In this document: in pieces, positions 17,585-26,503 of the stretch
Numbering within the stretch: the first letter of the stretch is position 1
How the letters are laid out: each line of letters opens with the position of its first letter
From: Halobacteriovoraceae bacterium
Lineage (GTDB): Bacteria > Bdellovibrionota > Bacteriovoracia > Bacteriovoracales > Bacteriovoracaceae
Assembly: GCA_002715375.1 (NCBI GenBank)
Contig: PAZA01000005.1
Coordinates: 1 to 54,885 of the forward strand
DNA length: 54,885 bases
Reading direction: 5' to 3'
The notes under the pieces: generated by a model
What the model was told of the DNA's origin: nothing
What the model saw: the letters and a program-made list of their open reading frames with translations, nothing else
Databases searched by the model: none
Made by a program: the position numbers and the translations under genes

Positions 17585-18600
17585 AAGACCTAGAATCGAT
17601 GGCCCTCAAAGTTGAAAATGGAAGGTTATTTATTCTCGATCAACAAATGCTCCCCCACCAAGAGGACTGGATAGAATCCAAGACACCTGAAGAAATGTCT
17701 AAAATAATTCTAGACTTAAAAACAAGGGGTGCACCACTTATAGGTGTCTCAGCAGTTTTAAGTTTGGCCCTTTACGCAGAAAAGGAACCTACCCCTGAAA
17801 AAATCATGGCAAAGGCAGAGCTCCTAAGAAACTCCAGGCCTACTGCTGTAAACCTTATGAATGCTATAGATAGGGTCCTCGAGGTAGGACAAAAAACTCG
17901 ATGGAACACACTTGAAATTACAAAAGAAGCTGAAAATATTTTTGAAGAAGATGTAAGACTCTGCGAAAAAATGGCCACAATTGGATCACAATTAATAAAA
18001 CCAAATGAAAATATCCTTACTCATTGTAATACAGGGGGGTTGGCCACAGTTGGAAGAGGCACCGCTTTAGGAGTTATCTCAAAGGCATACGAAAGTCATA
18101 AAGGGATCCACGTCTACGTAGATGAAACCAGACCTCTCCTTCAAGGGGGAAGATTAACGACTTGGGAACTTGAATCTCTAGAGATTCCGTATACTCTTAT
18201 CTGCGATAATATGGCAGGCCACCTCATGAGCCTTAAGAAGATAGATAGAATTTTTGTTGGTGCCGATAGAATCGCTGCCAATGGAGATTTTGCGAACAAA
18301 ATTGGAACTTATTCCCTTGCTGTTAATGCAAAATTCCATGGGGTCCCTTTTTATGTTGTTGCCCCGTTCACAACATTTGACAAAGACTGTCCCAATGGAA
18401 GTGAAATCCCTATTGAACAGAGGGAACCTGATGAAGTAAGGGGAGTCAAAGGAAGCTTTGGAAAAGTTGTTTGGGGGCCCTCGAAAGCAAAAACCTACAA
18501 TCCTGCCTTCGATGTTACACCAGAAAGCCTTGTAACAGGATATGTATTGGATAAAGGCCTCTTTAAGGCAAACGAACTATGGAAAGCTTTTAAAGATTAA
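17581..18600 (+). CDS. mtnA: S-methyl-5-thioribose-1-phosphate isomerase
   Basis: RGAPLIG, RPTAVNL, THCNTGGLATVGRGTALGVI, VDETRPLLQGGRLTTWEL and VGADRIAANGDFANKIGTYSLAV are all collinear with the MtnA/eIF-2B family. Confidence 0.85.
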   Translation: MKDLESMALKVENGRLFILDQQMLPHQEDWIESKTPEEMSKIILDLKTRGAPLIGVSAVLSLALYAEKEPTPEKIMAKAELLRNSRPTAVNLMNAIDRVLEVGQKTRWNTLEITKEAENIFEEDVRLCEKMATIGSQLIKPNENILTHCNTGGLATVGRGTALGVISKAYESHKGIHVYVDETRPLLQGGRLTTWELESLEIPYTLICDNMAGHLMSLKKIDRIFVGADRIAANGDFANKIGTYSLAVNAKFHGVPFYVVAPFTTFDKDCPNGSEIPIEQREPDEVRGVKGSFGKVVWGPSKAKTYNPAFDVTPESLVTGYVLDKGLFKANELWKAFKD

Positions 18601-18627
18601 CTTTCAAGGTCGTACGAAAAAAGGACC

Positions 18628-19401
18628 TTAGAAAATAAGGTCTTCTTTTCTCATCCAACCCTTTTTATTTTTATCAACCTCTATCTTGACCCAGTTCTTT
18701 TCACTTTTATCTTGTAAATTAACCTCAGCTCCTTCATGAAGGACAAATAACTTCACATTATCTTTGCCAATTCCTGAAAAAACAGAGGCCTTAGAAACTT
18801 TTACAACACCAAAGTCACGTTCCCAAAAAGCATAATTCAAAAAAGGAATGGAAAAAAGTAAAACGAAGAAAAAGGATAAGTTACGAATCCATTTAAATGA
18901 CTCATATTTCAATAATAAATACAAAAGAGACCCTACCCAAAAAAGGACCCAAAAACTCATCAACGAAATGGTTACTTCTTTTTGATTGAGAGGAAAAAGT
19001 CCTCTTGGATCTAAAAAAGGCTTTGCTTCAACTTTATCCTTAGTTTTTGATCTCAGATATTCAAGATTATATTTTACATCCCCATCCCGTGGAAGAACTT
19101 CACTGGATTTCTTGAAGTGAAACAGAGCACTCCCAAGCTCACCTGCTCTAAAGTAGGCATTTCCTAAATTAAAGTGGACCTCTCCCCAACTTCCCTTATC
19201 AAATTCAAGTAAGGCTTTATACTCCTTAATTGCATCCGTGTATCGACCTTCATAATAGGACTTATTGGCCTTTAAAAACAGCTCTTGAACTTTTAAAGCC
19301 TCACCAAAAGATTCACTTACCCCAGAAAAGAGGATCAAAAATGAAAAAAGGGTTGAGGCAAGAATTGCTTTTCCTGTCTTAATTATCGTGAATAGACTCA
19401 T
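18628..19401 (-). CDS. batE: BatE-like protein: signal peptide, TPR repeats, TM segments, C-terminal SH3b domain
   Basis: TPR-like YYEGRYTDAIKEYKALLEF / NLGNAYFRAGELGSALFHFKKS. Two TM segments. The SH3-like end reads NWVKIEVDKNKKGWMRKEDLIF. Last gene of the Bat operon, with a 4-nt overlap with batD. Confidence 0.6.
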   Translation of the reverse strand: MSLFTIIKTGKAILASTLFSFLILFSGVSESFGEALKVQELFLKANKSYYEGRYTDAIKEYKALLEFDKGSWGEVHFNLGNAYFRAGELGSALFHFKKSSEVLPRDGDVKYNLEYLRSKTKDKVEAKPFLDPRGLFPLNQKEVTISLMSFWVLFWVGSLLYLLLKYESFKWIRNLSFFFVLLFSIPFLNYAFWERDFGVVKVSKASVFSGIGKDNVKLFVLHEGAEVNLQDKSEKNWVKIEVDKNKKGWMRKEDLIF

Positions 19402-21287
19402 CTTAATTCCTTTTCCATACTCTTTACGATACTTTTCATTTTAATCATCATTTCTCTTGGACCTTTCTTGGCTTGCCCTCCATATTGTGCACTTTCAAAG
19501 TCCTGCAGAAGGCTCTTTATTTCTTTCAAAGTTTCAGGCCCCAATTGGTGGGGGCTTAAAACTCTATCTAAGTCAAGAGGAGTCAAGGCCTTTCCATCTA
19601 CGTTCACTTTATCTCCAATATAATCTCTAAAGACATTTGAAGCCTCTGTTAAAAAGTTACTGCCTTCATTCACACCTTTAAGACCCTTATTAAACTTTTT
19701 CAAGGCTTGTTCCTGCCTTCTTAAAGCTTCATTTCCTTTGAGCCTCTCCTTCTTTTTTTGCCAAAAAAAGGAGATCATAAAAAGAAGAGGTGAAAGTAAG
19801 AAGGTTATCCAAACAATGCTTTTTTCACTTACAGTAAGACTACCCAAAGTTTTCTCCACATTCCTCTTTATGGGCATCAAGTCTTTAGCTTCAACCTTTA
19901 TCTTCTTTTTTAATTTCATGGGTGACTGACTCGATGAGACAAGGTTAACGTTCTCTTCATCGCCAGACTTAGCTTTTAGAATATTTACTGAAAGAAGCCT
20001 TGTTGAAGTCACTTTATAAACCCCTTTTTTTGGGTCAAAATAGCTTAGGCTAAAGGAAGGTATCTGTTTATTTCCCACATCCTGAGGAACTAAAGCCATT
20101 TTGAAAACACGTTTTCCAAAGACTCCATTTTTGTTTCTCTGAATTTTTAAAACCGGTTTATCCTTATAAATTTTAAACCCCGGTATGTCCTTCTCCTCAA
20201 TTTTTGCGTCAAAGATATTCCCACTTCCTTGGACTGATAAGGTCAGAGTTGTTGACTCCCCTTGCCTGAGAGAATCTTTATCGATACGAGAAACGATTTT
20301 AAAGTCACCAACAAGCCCACTGAAGCTGTCAGGCTTCCCCTCTTCTAGTAAAGGCTTCGCTTTGATTTCTAATTCTTTAGTACGGAGTGTTACCTTTTTC
20401 CTTCTACCAAACCCTCCTCCAAAAAAAGGATCATCAAACATATCAAATAGAGAGCCAGAACCCCGTCTTCTTCCTGATCCATCTCGGATGTAAATATCTC
20501 CCGCAAAAGTTGATTCAGAAATATTTACTTTTCCAGGCTTTGTTGGAAAAAGAGCATAATTCACTTCATAAACTCTCCACTCCTTACCCTTAATAACTTT
20601 TCTGTATGAACGTCCCTCACCAAGCTCTTCTTTCCAAAAGCCCTTAAATTTAGGCAAACTTACTTTTGGATTACTAATTTCAACACGGTAATAAAGCCTA
20701 AAAGTATAGATAATTTGCTCTCCAACAAAAGGGTTCTTTTTATTAACGAAACCTTCTATCAAAAAGTTTTTATCCCTTTTTTCCTTGGAAGGCCCCTTAT
20801 GGGTCTCATCAGCAGAACCACCTTTTCCCTGGTTAACATTTGAGTTCGCAGAAGCAGCATCGGCCAGAACCTTCAAATTGAGGACATTACTCCTATATTC
20901 TTTTCCATCAATTAAAGCAACGACAGGGCCTACCTTAAAAGAGCCCTCTTTTTTAGAATAAAGAGAGTAATTTATAGTCTTGCTTGTACTCGCTTTGCCG
21001 TTAATAATTTGGACTGATGTAGAAGTTCCTCTATTGGAAAGTGAAAACTTATCCGCATTTTCAATTTGAAGGGACTCAACACTTTGAGAACCTTCAATCC
21101 GAATTTGGATAGAAAACTCCTCCCCTAAAGATATAGTGCTTTCATCAACGGTTAAACCAATCTCTATAGCTCCAACCAATGAGGATTTCATCCCCAAAAA
21201 AGCCAGGAAAACCCATAGGGTTACAATTGTTTTCAAGGAGGAGAAATTACCCATCTTATTTTTCAATTCCTTACCAATCTTTTTCAA
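19398..21287 (-). CDS. batD: BatD-like 'oxygen tolerance' protein (repeated beta-sandwich modules, one TM, cytoplasmic tail)
   Basis: 629 aa. Signal peptide, repeated modules of the type ...GESTTLTLSVQGSGNI..., a TM segment IVWITFLLSPLLFMISFFW, and a tail ending ...ESAQYGG. Position follows batB as in Bat operons. Confidence 0.65.
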   Translation of the reverse strand: MKKIGKELKNKMGNFSSLKTIVTLWVFLAFLGMKSSLVGAIEIGLTVDESTISLGEEFSIQIRIEGSQSVESLQIENADKFSLSNRGTSTSVQIINGKASTSKTINYSLYSKKEGSFKVGPVVALIDGKEYRSNVLNLKVLADAASANSNVNQGKGGSADETHKGPSKEKRDKNFLIEGFVNKKNPFVGEQIIYTFRLYYRVEISNPKVSLPKFKGFWKEELGEGRSYRKVIKGKEWRVYEVNYALFPTKPGKVNISESTFAGDIYIRDGSGRRRGSGSLFDMFDDPFFGGGFGRRKKVTLRTKELEIKAKPLLEEGKPDSFSGLVGDFKIVSRIDKDSLRQGESTTLTLSVQGSGNIFDAKIEEKDIPGFKIYKDKPVLKIQRNKNGVFGKRVFKMALVPQDVGNKQIPSFSLSYFDPKKGVYKVTSTRLLSVNILKAKSGDEENVNLVSSSQSPMKLKKKIKVEAKDLMPIKRNVEKTLGSLTVSEKSIVWITFLLSPLLFMISFFWQKKKERLKGNEALRRQEQALKKFNKGLKGVNEGSNFLTEASNVFRDYIGDKVNVDGKALTPLDLDRVLSPHQLGPETLKEIKSLLQDFESAQYGGQAKKGPREMMIKMKSIVKSMEKELR

Positions 21288-23193
21288 CTTGATAGCTCCT
21301 TCTTCCCCGCATTTTGCGTTTTAAATACTTTTTCCTTTCATCACTTAAAGAGTTTAACCACCTTAAAGCTTCAGCTTCACTCATTTTTTTACCACGACTT
21401 CCCTTTTTCGTCTCAGGGTCTTGATTCTGAATTGAGGAAGCCTGACTCTTTACCTGGTCCTCTTTATTTTTCTCTTTCCCATCTTTTTCATCTTCATTAG
21501 AGGCTTTGGCGACACCTTCTGACTTCTTATCTTGCTCTTTTTGATCCTCTTTCCCTTTATTACCCTTTTTTTCATTCTCGTTCTTGGAAACCTTATTTTG
21601 ATCATCATTATTAGTACTATTTTGATCACCAGACTTTTGATTTTCAGCCTGTTGTTTCCCTTGTTGTCCTTTCTGATCTTTCTGGTCTTTTTGCTTATTT
21701 TGACCTTTCTGGTTCTTTTGACCACTTTGATTTTTTTGGTTGGCCTGTCTTTTTTTCTCCTCTTCAATTCTTCTCTTAATTTCTTTCCTTACAAAATTCA
21801 GGTTATGCTTAGCATCCTTATCATTAGGGTTTATTTCCAAGGTCTTTTTATAGTACCCAACAGAGTCCTTCAGCTTCCCCATTTTGTAAGCAGTATTACC
21901 CAAATTATAGTAAGATTTTGCGCTTAGGTCCTTGTCTCCTTTTTTGGCCGTAGACTCAAAAAGCTTAAAGGCCTTATCATATTCCTTCATTTTATAATAA
22001 GAATTTCCCGTATTATATTTTAATTCCAAATCTTTAGGTTCTTTTACCTGAGCTTCAAGAAAACTTTTTAAAGCCTTGTTATAATTCTTATTTTGATAAT
22101 CGCTTTCCCCATTCTTTCGTTGGGAATCCCATGGGGCAGCTTGAACCTCCTGCAAAGGCAAAGTCGTAAGTAATAAGAAAACCATAATTCCTAGAACAGT
22201 TTGACTTCCTTTACGCTCCTTAACAAAAACCTCTAAAATCAAAAGCAAAAGGGCCACCATAAGAGGCCACTGAAACCTCTCTTCAAACCGCTTCCTCTTC
22301 CCACTTACAAGTTCTTTAGACTCAACTTTTTTTGTAATATCATTATAAATTTTTTCCAAATCCAGGTCGCCAGTTATAGACCGAACATAACTTCCCCCGG
22401 TATCAAGCGCTATTTTTTGAAGAGTTTCCTCATCCAATTGAGTCGTTACAACATTTCCTCGAGAGTCTTTTTTGAACCCTCCTCTTTTCCTATCAGGAAT
22501 GGGAGCACCCTCTTCCTTACCAATCCCTATCGTATAAATCTTAATCCCTTCTTCATAGGCCATCTTGGCCATTTTTATTGGCTCCCCATTATGATCTTCT
22601 CCATCAGTAATTAAGATAAGCACTCGTGACTTTTTATTTTGGGTATCAAAAGCACTGATTGACTTTTTTATGGCGTCTCCAATAGCCGTTCCAGGAACTG
22701 GAATAAGATCTGTATCCAATTCATCTAAAAAAATTCTTACGGCACCATAATCCAGAGTAAGTGGGCTTTGAAGAAAGCTCGTTCCAGAAAATGCTACCAA
22801 TCCCACTCTATCGCCCTGCATCATATTAAGGAGGTCAATAATTTCACGCTTGGCCCTCTCTAAACGATTAGGAGAAACATCTTCCGCCAACATACTTTCA
22901 CTAACATCTAAGGCCAGAATAATATCAACACCTCTCCGATTCACTTCCTCCCATTGAAACCCCCATTTAGGTCTTATTAAGGCAAGCACGCAGAAAAAGA
23001 AGGCAAAAATTAAAAGAAAAGCCTTTACCTTCTGCCTTTTCGCAGAAAAACCCTTAAGCAATTTACCTTTTAATTCCTCACTAACAAAAAGTTCCAAAAG
23101 CCTTTTTTTCTTTTTAAAGGCCCAAATATAAAATAAGACAAGTAAGGGAATGATGATTAAGCACCATAAATATTGAAGGTTTGCAAACTTCAA
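21271..23193 (-). CDS. batB: BatB-like VWA-domain membrane protein fused to TPR repeats (BatB+BatC-like) with a 130-aa Q/K/N/D/E low-complexity region
   Basis: N-terminal TMs, MIDAS motif LDVSESM, ITDGEDH, TM, TPR (YNTGNSYYKMKEYDKAFKLFE; YNLGNTAYKMGKLKDSVGYYKKTLEINP), then QKNQSGQKNQKGQNKQKDQKDQKGQQGKQQ... Confidence 0.7.
   Translation of the reverse strand: MKFANLQYLWCLIIIPLLVLFYIWAFKKKKRLLELFVSEELKGKLLKGFSAKRQKVKAFLLIFAFFFCVLALIRPKWGFQWEEVNRRGVDIILALDVSESMLAEDVSPNRLERAKREIIDLLNMMQGDRVGLVAFSGTSFLQSPLTLDYGAVRIFLDELDTDLIPVPGTAIGDAIKKSISAFDTQNKKSRVLILITDGEDHNGEPIKMAKMAYEEGIKIYTIGIGKEEGAPIPDRKRGGFKKDSRGNVVTTQLDEETLQKIALDTGGSYVRSITGDLDLEKIYNDITKKVESKELVSGKRKRFEERFQWPLMVALLLLILEVFVKERKGSQTVLGIMVFLLLTTLPLQEVQAAPWDSQRKNGESDYQNKNYNKALKSFLEAQVKEPKDLELKYNTGNSYYKMKEYDKAFKLFESTAKKGDKDLSAKSYYNLGNTAYKMGKLKDSVGYYKKTLEINPNDKDAKHNLNFVRKEIKRRIEEEKKRQANQKNQSGQKNQKGQNKQKDQKDQKGQQGKQQAENQKSGDQNSTNNDDQNKVSKNENEKKGNKGKEDQKEQDKKSEGVAKASNEDEKDGKEKNKEDQVKSQASSIQNQDPETKKGSRGKKMSEAEALRWLNSLSDERKKYLKRKMRGRRSYQVEKDW
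21385..21774 (-). repeat. imperfect short tandem/low-complexity coding repeats inside batB (encode the Q/K/N-rich segment)
   Basis: The DNA shows reiterated CTTT(C/T)TG(A/G)TC-type units (e.g. ctttctgatctttctggtctttttgcttattttgacctttctggttcttttgacc). This region generates the shadow ORFs 21450-21767 (-) and 21532-21927 (+). Confidence 0.55.
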
Positions 23194-23217
23194 GGGGTTC
23201 TCCTCGTTCTTTCTCTT

Positions 23218-24207
23218 TTAAGGAATTCTTCTCAACTTTGTTTGCCCCAAAAATATTTCCAAAAGCAAAATGAAGAGTCCTGGAATTAAAAAATGGGCAA
23301 ACATTTCATTGTACTCCGTATACTTTTTAACCTCTATTTTTGTTTTCTCTAACTTATCAATAAGGCCATAAATATTTTTAAGTTCATCGGTATTAGTCGC
23401 TCTAAAATATTTTGCTCCTGTCTCTGAAGCGACTTGCTTAAGAGTCGTTTCATCTAAATCAACTTCTTGATAAATATAACGTTTTCCAAAAAGTGTATCT
23501 GCTAAAAAAGGAGCCTTCCCTTTAGTTCCAACCCCAATCGTATAAACCTTAACCCCATAGTGATCTGCAAGTTTTGAAGCCTGTAAGGGACTTAAACGTC
23601 CTACAGTATTCCTTCCATCGGTCAGAGCAATCATTATTTTTGACTTGGACTTTAGATCTTTCATTCGATTCACACCAATTCCAATGGCTTGTCCCAAAGC
23701 TGTAGCAGATCCGGCCATACCGATTTTAATGTTATCGAGAAAATCCATAACGATGCCATGATCTAGAGTTAAAGGGCATTGAGTAAAAGCTTCCTCTCCA
23801 AAAACAACTAATCCAATCCTGTCATTGGGTCTCTTTTTAATAAAATCTCTTACAACTTGTTTAACAACCTCGAGGCGGTTAACCCTTTTTCCTTCCCTTT
23901 TGAAATCTAAAGCCTTCATACTTTCAGACGTATCAAGGACGAGTAATATATCGACCCCCTCCGAATTTGTTTTTGTAAACTGCCTTCCAGACTGTGGTCT
24001 AGCAAGGGCTAAAACAAGAAGGATGATGGCCAAGGATCGAAGAATGAGGAGAATTAATTTAGGATTATTTTTGGCCCTCATATTCATTGACTTCAAGAGG
24101 TCAATACTCGAAAAGCGGATCTTTCCTCCACTTTTCTGTCCCCAAACAAAAATAGGAATAATGAATAGTAACAAACATAGAAACCAAGGGTAAGCCAGAC
24201 GGATCAT
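23218..24207 (-). CDS. batA: BatA-like VWA-domain membrane protein
   Basis: Two N-terminal TMs, MIDAS motif LDTSESM, LTDGRNT, YTIGVG and a C-terminal TM. Typical BatA architecture. Confidence 0.75.
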   Translation of the reverse strand: MIRLAYPWFLCLLLFIIPIFVWGQKSGGKIRFSSIDLLKSMNMRAKNNPKLILLILRSLAIILLVLALARPQSGRQFTKTNSEGVDILLVLDTSESMKALDFKREGKRVNRLEVVKQVVRDFIKKRPNDRIGLVVFGEEAFTQCPLTLDHGIVMDFLDNIKIGMAGSATALGQAIGIGVNRMKDLKSKSKIMIALTDGRNTVGRLSPLQASKLADHYGVKVYTIGVGTKGKAPFLADTLFGKRYIYQEVDLDETTLKQVASETGAKYFRATNTDELKNIYGLIDKLEKTKIEVKKYTEYNEMFAHFLIPGLFILLLEIFLGQTKLRRIP

Positions 24208-25271
24208 AAAACCGAATCCTCCTCTTTTTCTTTCTCATCTTCTTTTTTTGGCATTGTTTCCAAAACGAATTTTTTTGCATCTTGCAAAAGGACTTCTCCT
24301 TCCTCTTCACTTTTCTCTATATTGGCAAATTTAACAAGGTCCGCTTCTTTTAAAATTCCCAAGAAAACTTTTTGCTGAGGAGGTTTAACAGAGTTTAAAA
24401 GGTCAATATCTCTTCGAATTTCTTCTTGTGTCCGCTCTTTAGCTGGGAATTCGTAACTATCTTCTACGTATGAACGAACAATATCTGAAAGAGAAAAATA
24501 AAAACTTTTCCTTTGAGAATAATCTGACAAAGATGGAATTCCTTTTTTTAACTTTTCTAATTCAGAAAGGGCCCTTTCATGAGGAGGAGTTAAAGGAAGA
24601 GCTTCACTTTCAGCTCCCTTCCTTTTAAAAAAGTAATAGATCAAAAAGCCTAAAACACCGAGTATCAAGATTCCCCCGGCAATATAAGCAAGAGTTTTAG
24701 ATGGAGAAAATGTCAAAGGTTTAATATCTCTTAGTCCTTCTTCTTTGCCCTTTAAGCCTTCCGACTCAGACCCGTTATTTTTTCCTTTAGAAGCCTTGAC
24801 GTCTTCATTTTTTACTTCAACAAAAATTTCAGGAGAACTTAAACGAACCTCTTTCCCATCTTTATTTTTAAAGGCCAATTTCAAAGAAGGAAGGATGTAA
24901 GAACCAGTTAGGTCTGCTTCTAATTTATACCACCTCTCAAAAACCCATTCTCCATCTTCTTTAACCGGACCTTCTTTACCAAAGTCTACAATCCTAAAAC
25001 CTTGGATTTTATCACCACTTTCAGGGAGAAAAAGAGGTCCTTCCTTAAATGAAGAAAAAGCTCTAAGGCGGAAAGTAACTATTTCACCAGGTTTGATAAT
25101 GGCCTTGTCAACTTCGGCCTTTAAAAAACTAGTCATCTTATTTGTATCTGCAAATACATTTTGAAGAGGGGCATAATAACAAAAAAAGAGGACCAAAAAG
25201 ATAGAAAGCGAAAAAGGAGCCTCTTTCAAAAAATTAATAGACCTATTGCGTGTTTCAGTTCTCATTTCCAC
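24204..25271 (-). CDS. membrane protein: periplasmic BatD-like beta-sandwich module, TM, then a DUF4381-like cytoplasmic domain
   Basis: The N-terminal module reads KPGEIVTFRLRAFS...LTGSYILPSLKLAF. The TM is LAYIAGGILILGVLGFLIYYFF. The C-terminal part PPHERALSELEKLKK...FYFSLSDIVRSYVEDSYEFPAKERTQEEI resembles DUF4381, which usually precedes batA. Domain calls by eye. Confidence 0.5.
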   Translation of the reverse strand: MEMRTETRNRSINFLKEAPFSLSIFLVLFFCYYAPLQNVFADTNKMTSFLKAEVDKAIIKPGEIVTFRLRAFSSFKEGPLFLPESGDKIQGFRIVDFGKEGPVKEDGEWVFERWYKLEADLTGSYILPSLKLAFKNKDGKEVRLSSPEIFVEVKNEDVKASKGKNNGSESEGLKGKEEGLRDIKPLTFSPSKTLAYIAGGILILGVLGFLIYYFFKRKGAESEALPLTPPHERALSELEKLKKGIPSLSDYSQRKSFYFSLSDIVRSYVEDSYEFPAKERTQEEIRRDIDLLNSVKPPQQKVFLGILKEADLVKFANIEKSEEEGEVLLQDAKKFVLETMPKKEDEKEKEEDSVL

Positions 25272-26503
25272 CTTTCCACAAAAAGCTGTACATTTTCGTT
25301 TTTAAATGATTCTTGAACAAGTTTCTTATAGAGCCCTTGGCCTTTTTCTACTTTATAACTCTGCTTAACAACCTTTTTAATGTCATCATAAGCATATTCT
25401 TGAGGACGAGTTTTTCCGGTTACTATATACATTTTATAGGCTCCAGATTTTAAAAAAGGCCCACTCCATTCCCCCTTCTCCTTTTTAAACAGATTATTCA
25501 TCTGAGAAGGGTTCAAATCTAAACCAGGTGATGGAAGGCCTTTTGTAAGTGTGATCCCTTTTTCAAAAAGAGCAGAAGGAACCCTTTTTTTAATTTCAGT
25601 TATAAGGTCTTTTGTTTCTTTCTTCCTTCCTTTTAAATAGGCTTTTATCTTTTGGGAGTGATCCTTTCCTTTAAACTCAATTTTTGTAAGGGTTATCACT
25701 GACTTTTGAGAAAATTTACTCCGGTTGGCCTTAAAATAATTTTTAAGGTCGACCTCATCAACCTTAATCTTTTTTTCAACTTCATTTTTAAGAAGTCTTT
25801 CAACAAGGAGCTGCTTTGTAACATTTTCTAGTTTTTTTATAAATGATGGGTCTTTTTCTAAGCCTAGTCTTTTTGATTTCTGCCAAAGAATTTGGTTGAT
25901 GACATATTGCTGAAGTAGTTCCTGTTTAACTTTATGAGATTTCAAATTTTCCTGTCCTTTACGATCAAAGGAATCCACGTACTCATTTAACTGATAATCG
26001 TAAATGTTCTGATCTCCTACCTTAGCGACAATAGCTGCCCCTTTTCTTTTCACCGCCCCCTTATCTGTTGAAAGAGTTGTTTTATCCTTAATAAAAGCTC
26101 TCGCGGCACCAAACTTTTTAAGCTTTTCTAAAAGGGTTACGATCCTCTTATTAGCTTCAGTTACATAAGTTGATTGAGGGTCCAACAATTCGACTTTATA
26201 AAACCAGCTGATGGCCTCTTCCAAATGCCCTTCCTCTTCATATAATTCACCAAGTGAATAGGACATTTTTGCTTTTACTTTGGCATCAACCTTTCCCTTC
26301 TCAAGGTATTTTTCATACTGTCTGGCCGCTTGATTCACAAGTCCAGCAGCATGTAACTTCGAAGCAACATCCTTGAAAACATCAACACCTCCTTGATCGG
26401 AGGTTTTTCCACTTTCAAAGTTTTGGAAGACTAAAACACCAAGCAAGATACCTAATACACCTTGACTAAAAAAAAGAATCATAAACCTTGTGTCTTTTTT
26501 CAC
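25262..26503 (-). CDS. membrane-anchored TPR plus SurA-N/PpiD-like chaperone plus parvulin-like (possibly inactive PPIase) protein
   Basis: N-terminal TM. TPR-like YSLGELYEEEGHLEEAISWFYKVELLDP. The SurA/PpiD-like segment is IVAKVGDQNIYDYQLNEYV...QELLQQYVINQILWQKSKRLGL...KNYF. The parvulin-like end is GEWSGPFLKSGAYKMYIVTGKTRPQEYAYDDIKKVV. Confidence 0.5.
   Translation of the reverse strand: MKKDTRFMILFFSQGVLGILLGVLVFQNFESGKTSDQGGVDVFKDVASKLHAAGLVNQAARQYEKYLEKGKVDAKVKAKMSYSLGELYEEEGHLEEAISWFYKVELLDPQSTYVTEANKRIVTLLEKLKKFGAARAFIKDKTTLSTDKGAVKRKGAAIVAKVGDQNIYDYQLNEYVDSFDRKGQENLKSHKVKQELLQQYVINQILWQKSKRLGLEKDPSFIKKLENVTKQLLVERLLKNEVEKKIKVDEVDLKNYFKANRSKFSQKSVITLTKIEFKGKDHSQKIKAYLKGRKKETKDLITEIKKRVPSALFEKGITLTKGLPSPGLDLNPSQMNNLFKKEKGEWSGPFLKSGAYKMYIVTGKTRPQEYAYDDIKKVVKQSYKVEKGQGLYKKLVQESFKNENVQLFVERWK

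Noticed and set aside
18606-18629. AAGGTC...GACCTT 6-bp inverted repeat between mtnA and batE
   Set aside because: The stem is short with a 12-nt loop and no U-tract, and it overlaps the batE stop codon. That is insufficient to call a terminator.
21450-21927. ORFs 21450-21767 (-) and 21532-21927 (+) in the track
   Set aside because: They are alternative-frame or antisense shadows of the low-complexity repeat region of batB. Their K/R-only or L/F/I-only compositions are typical of repeat artefacts.
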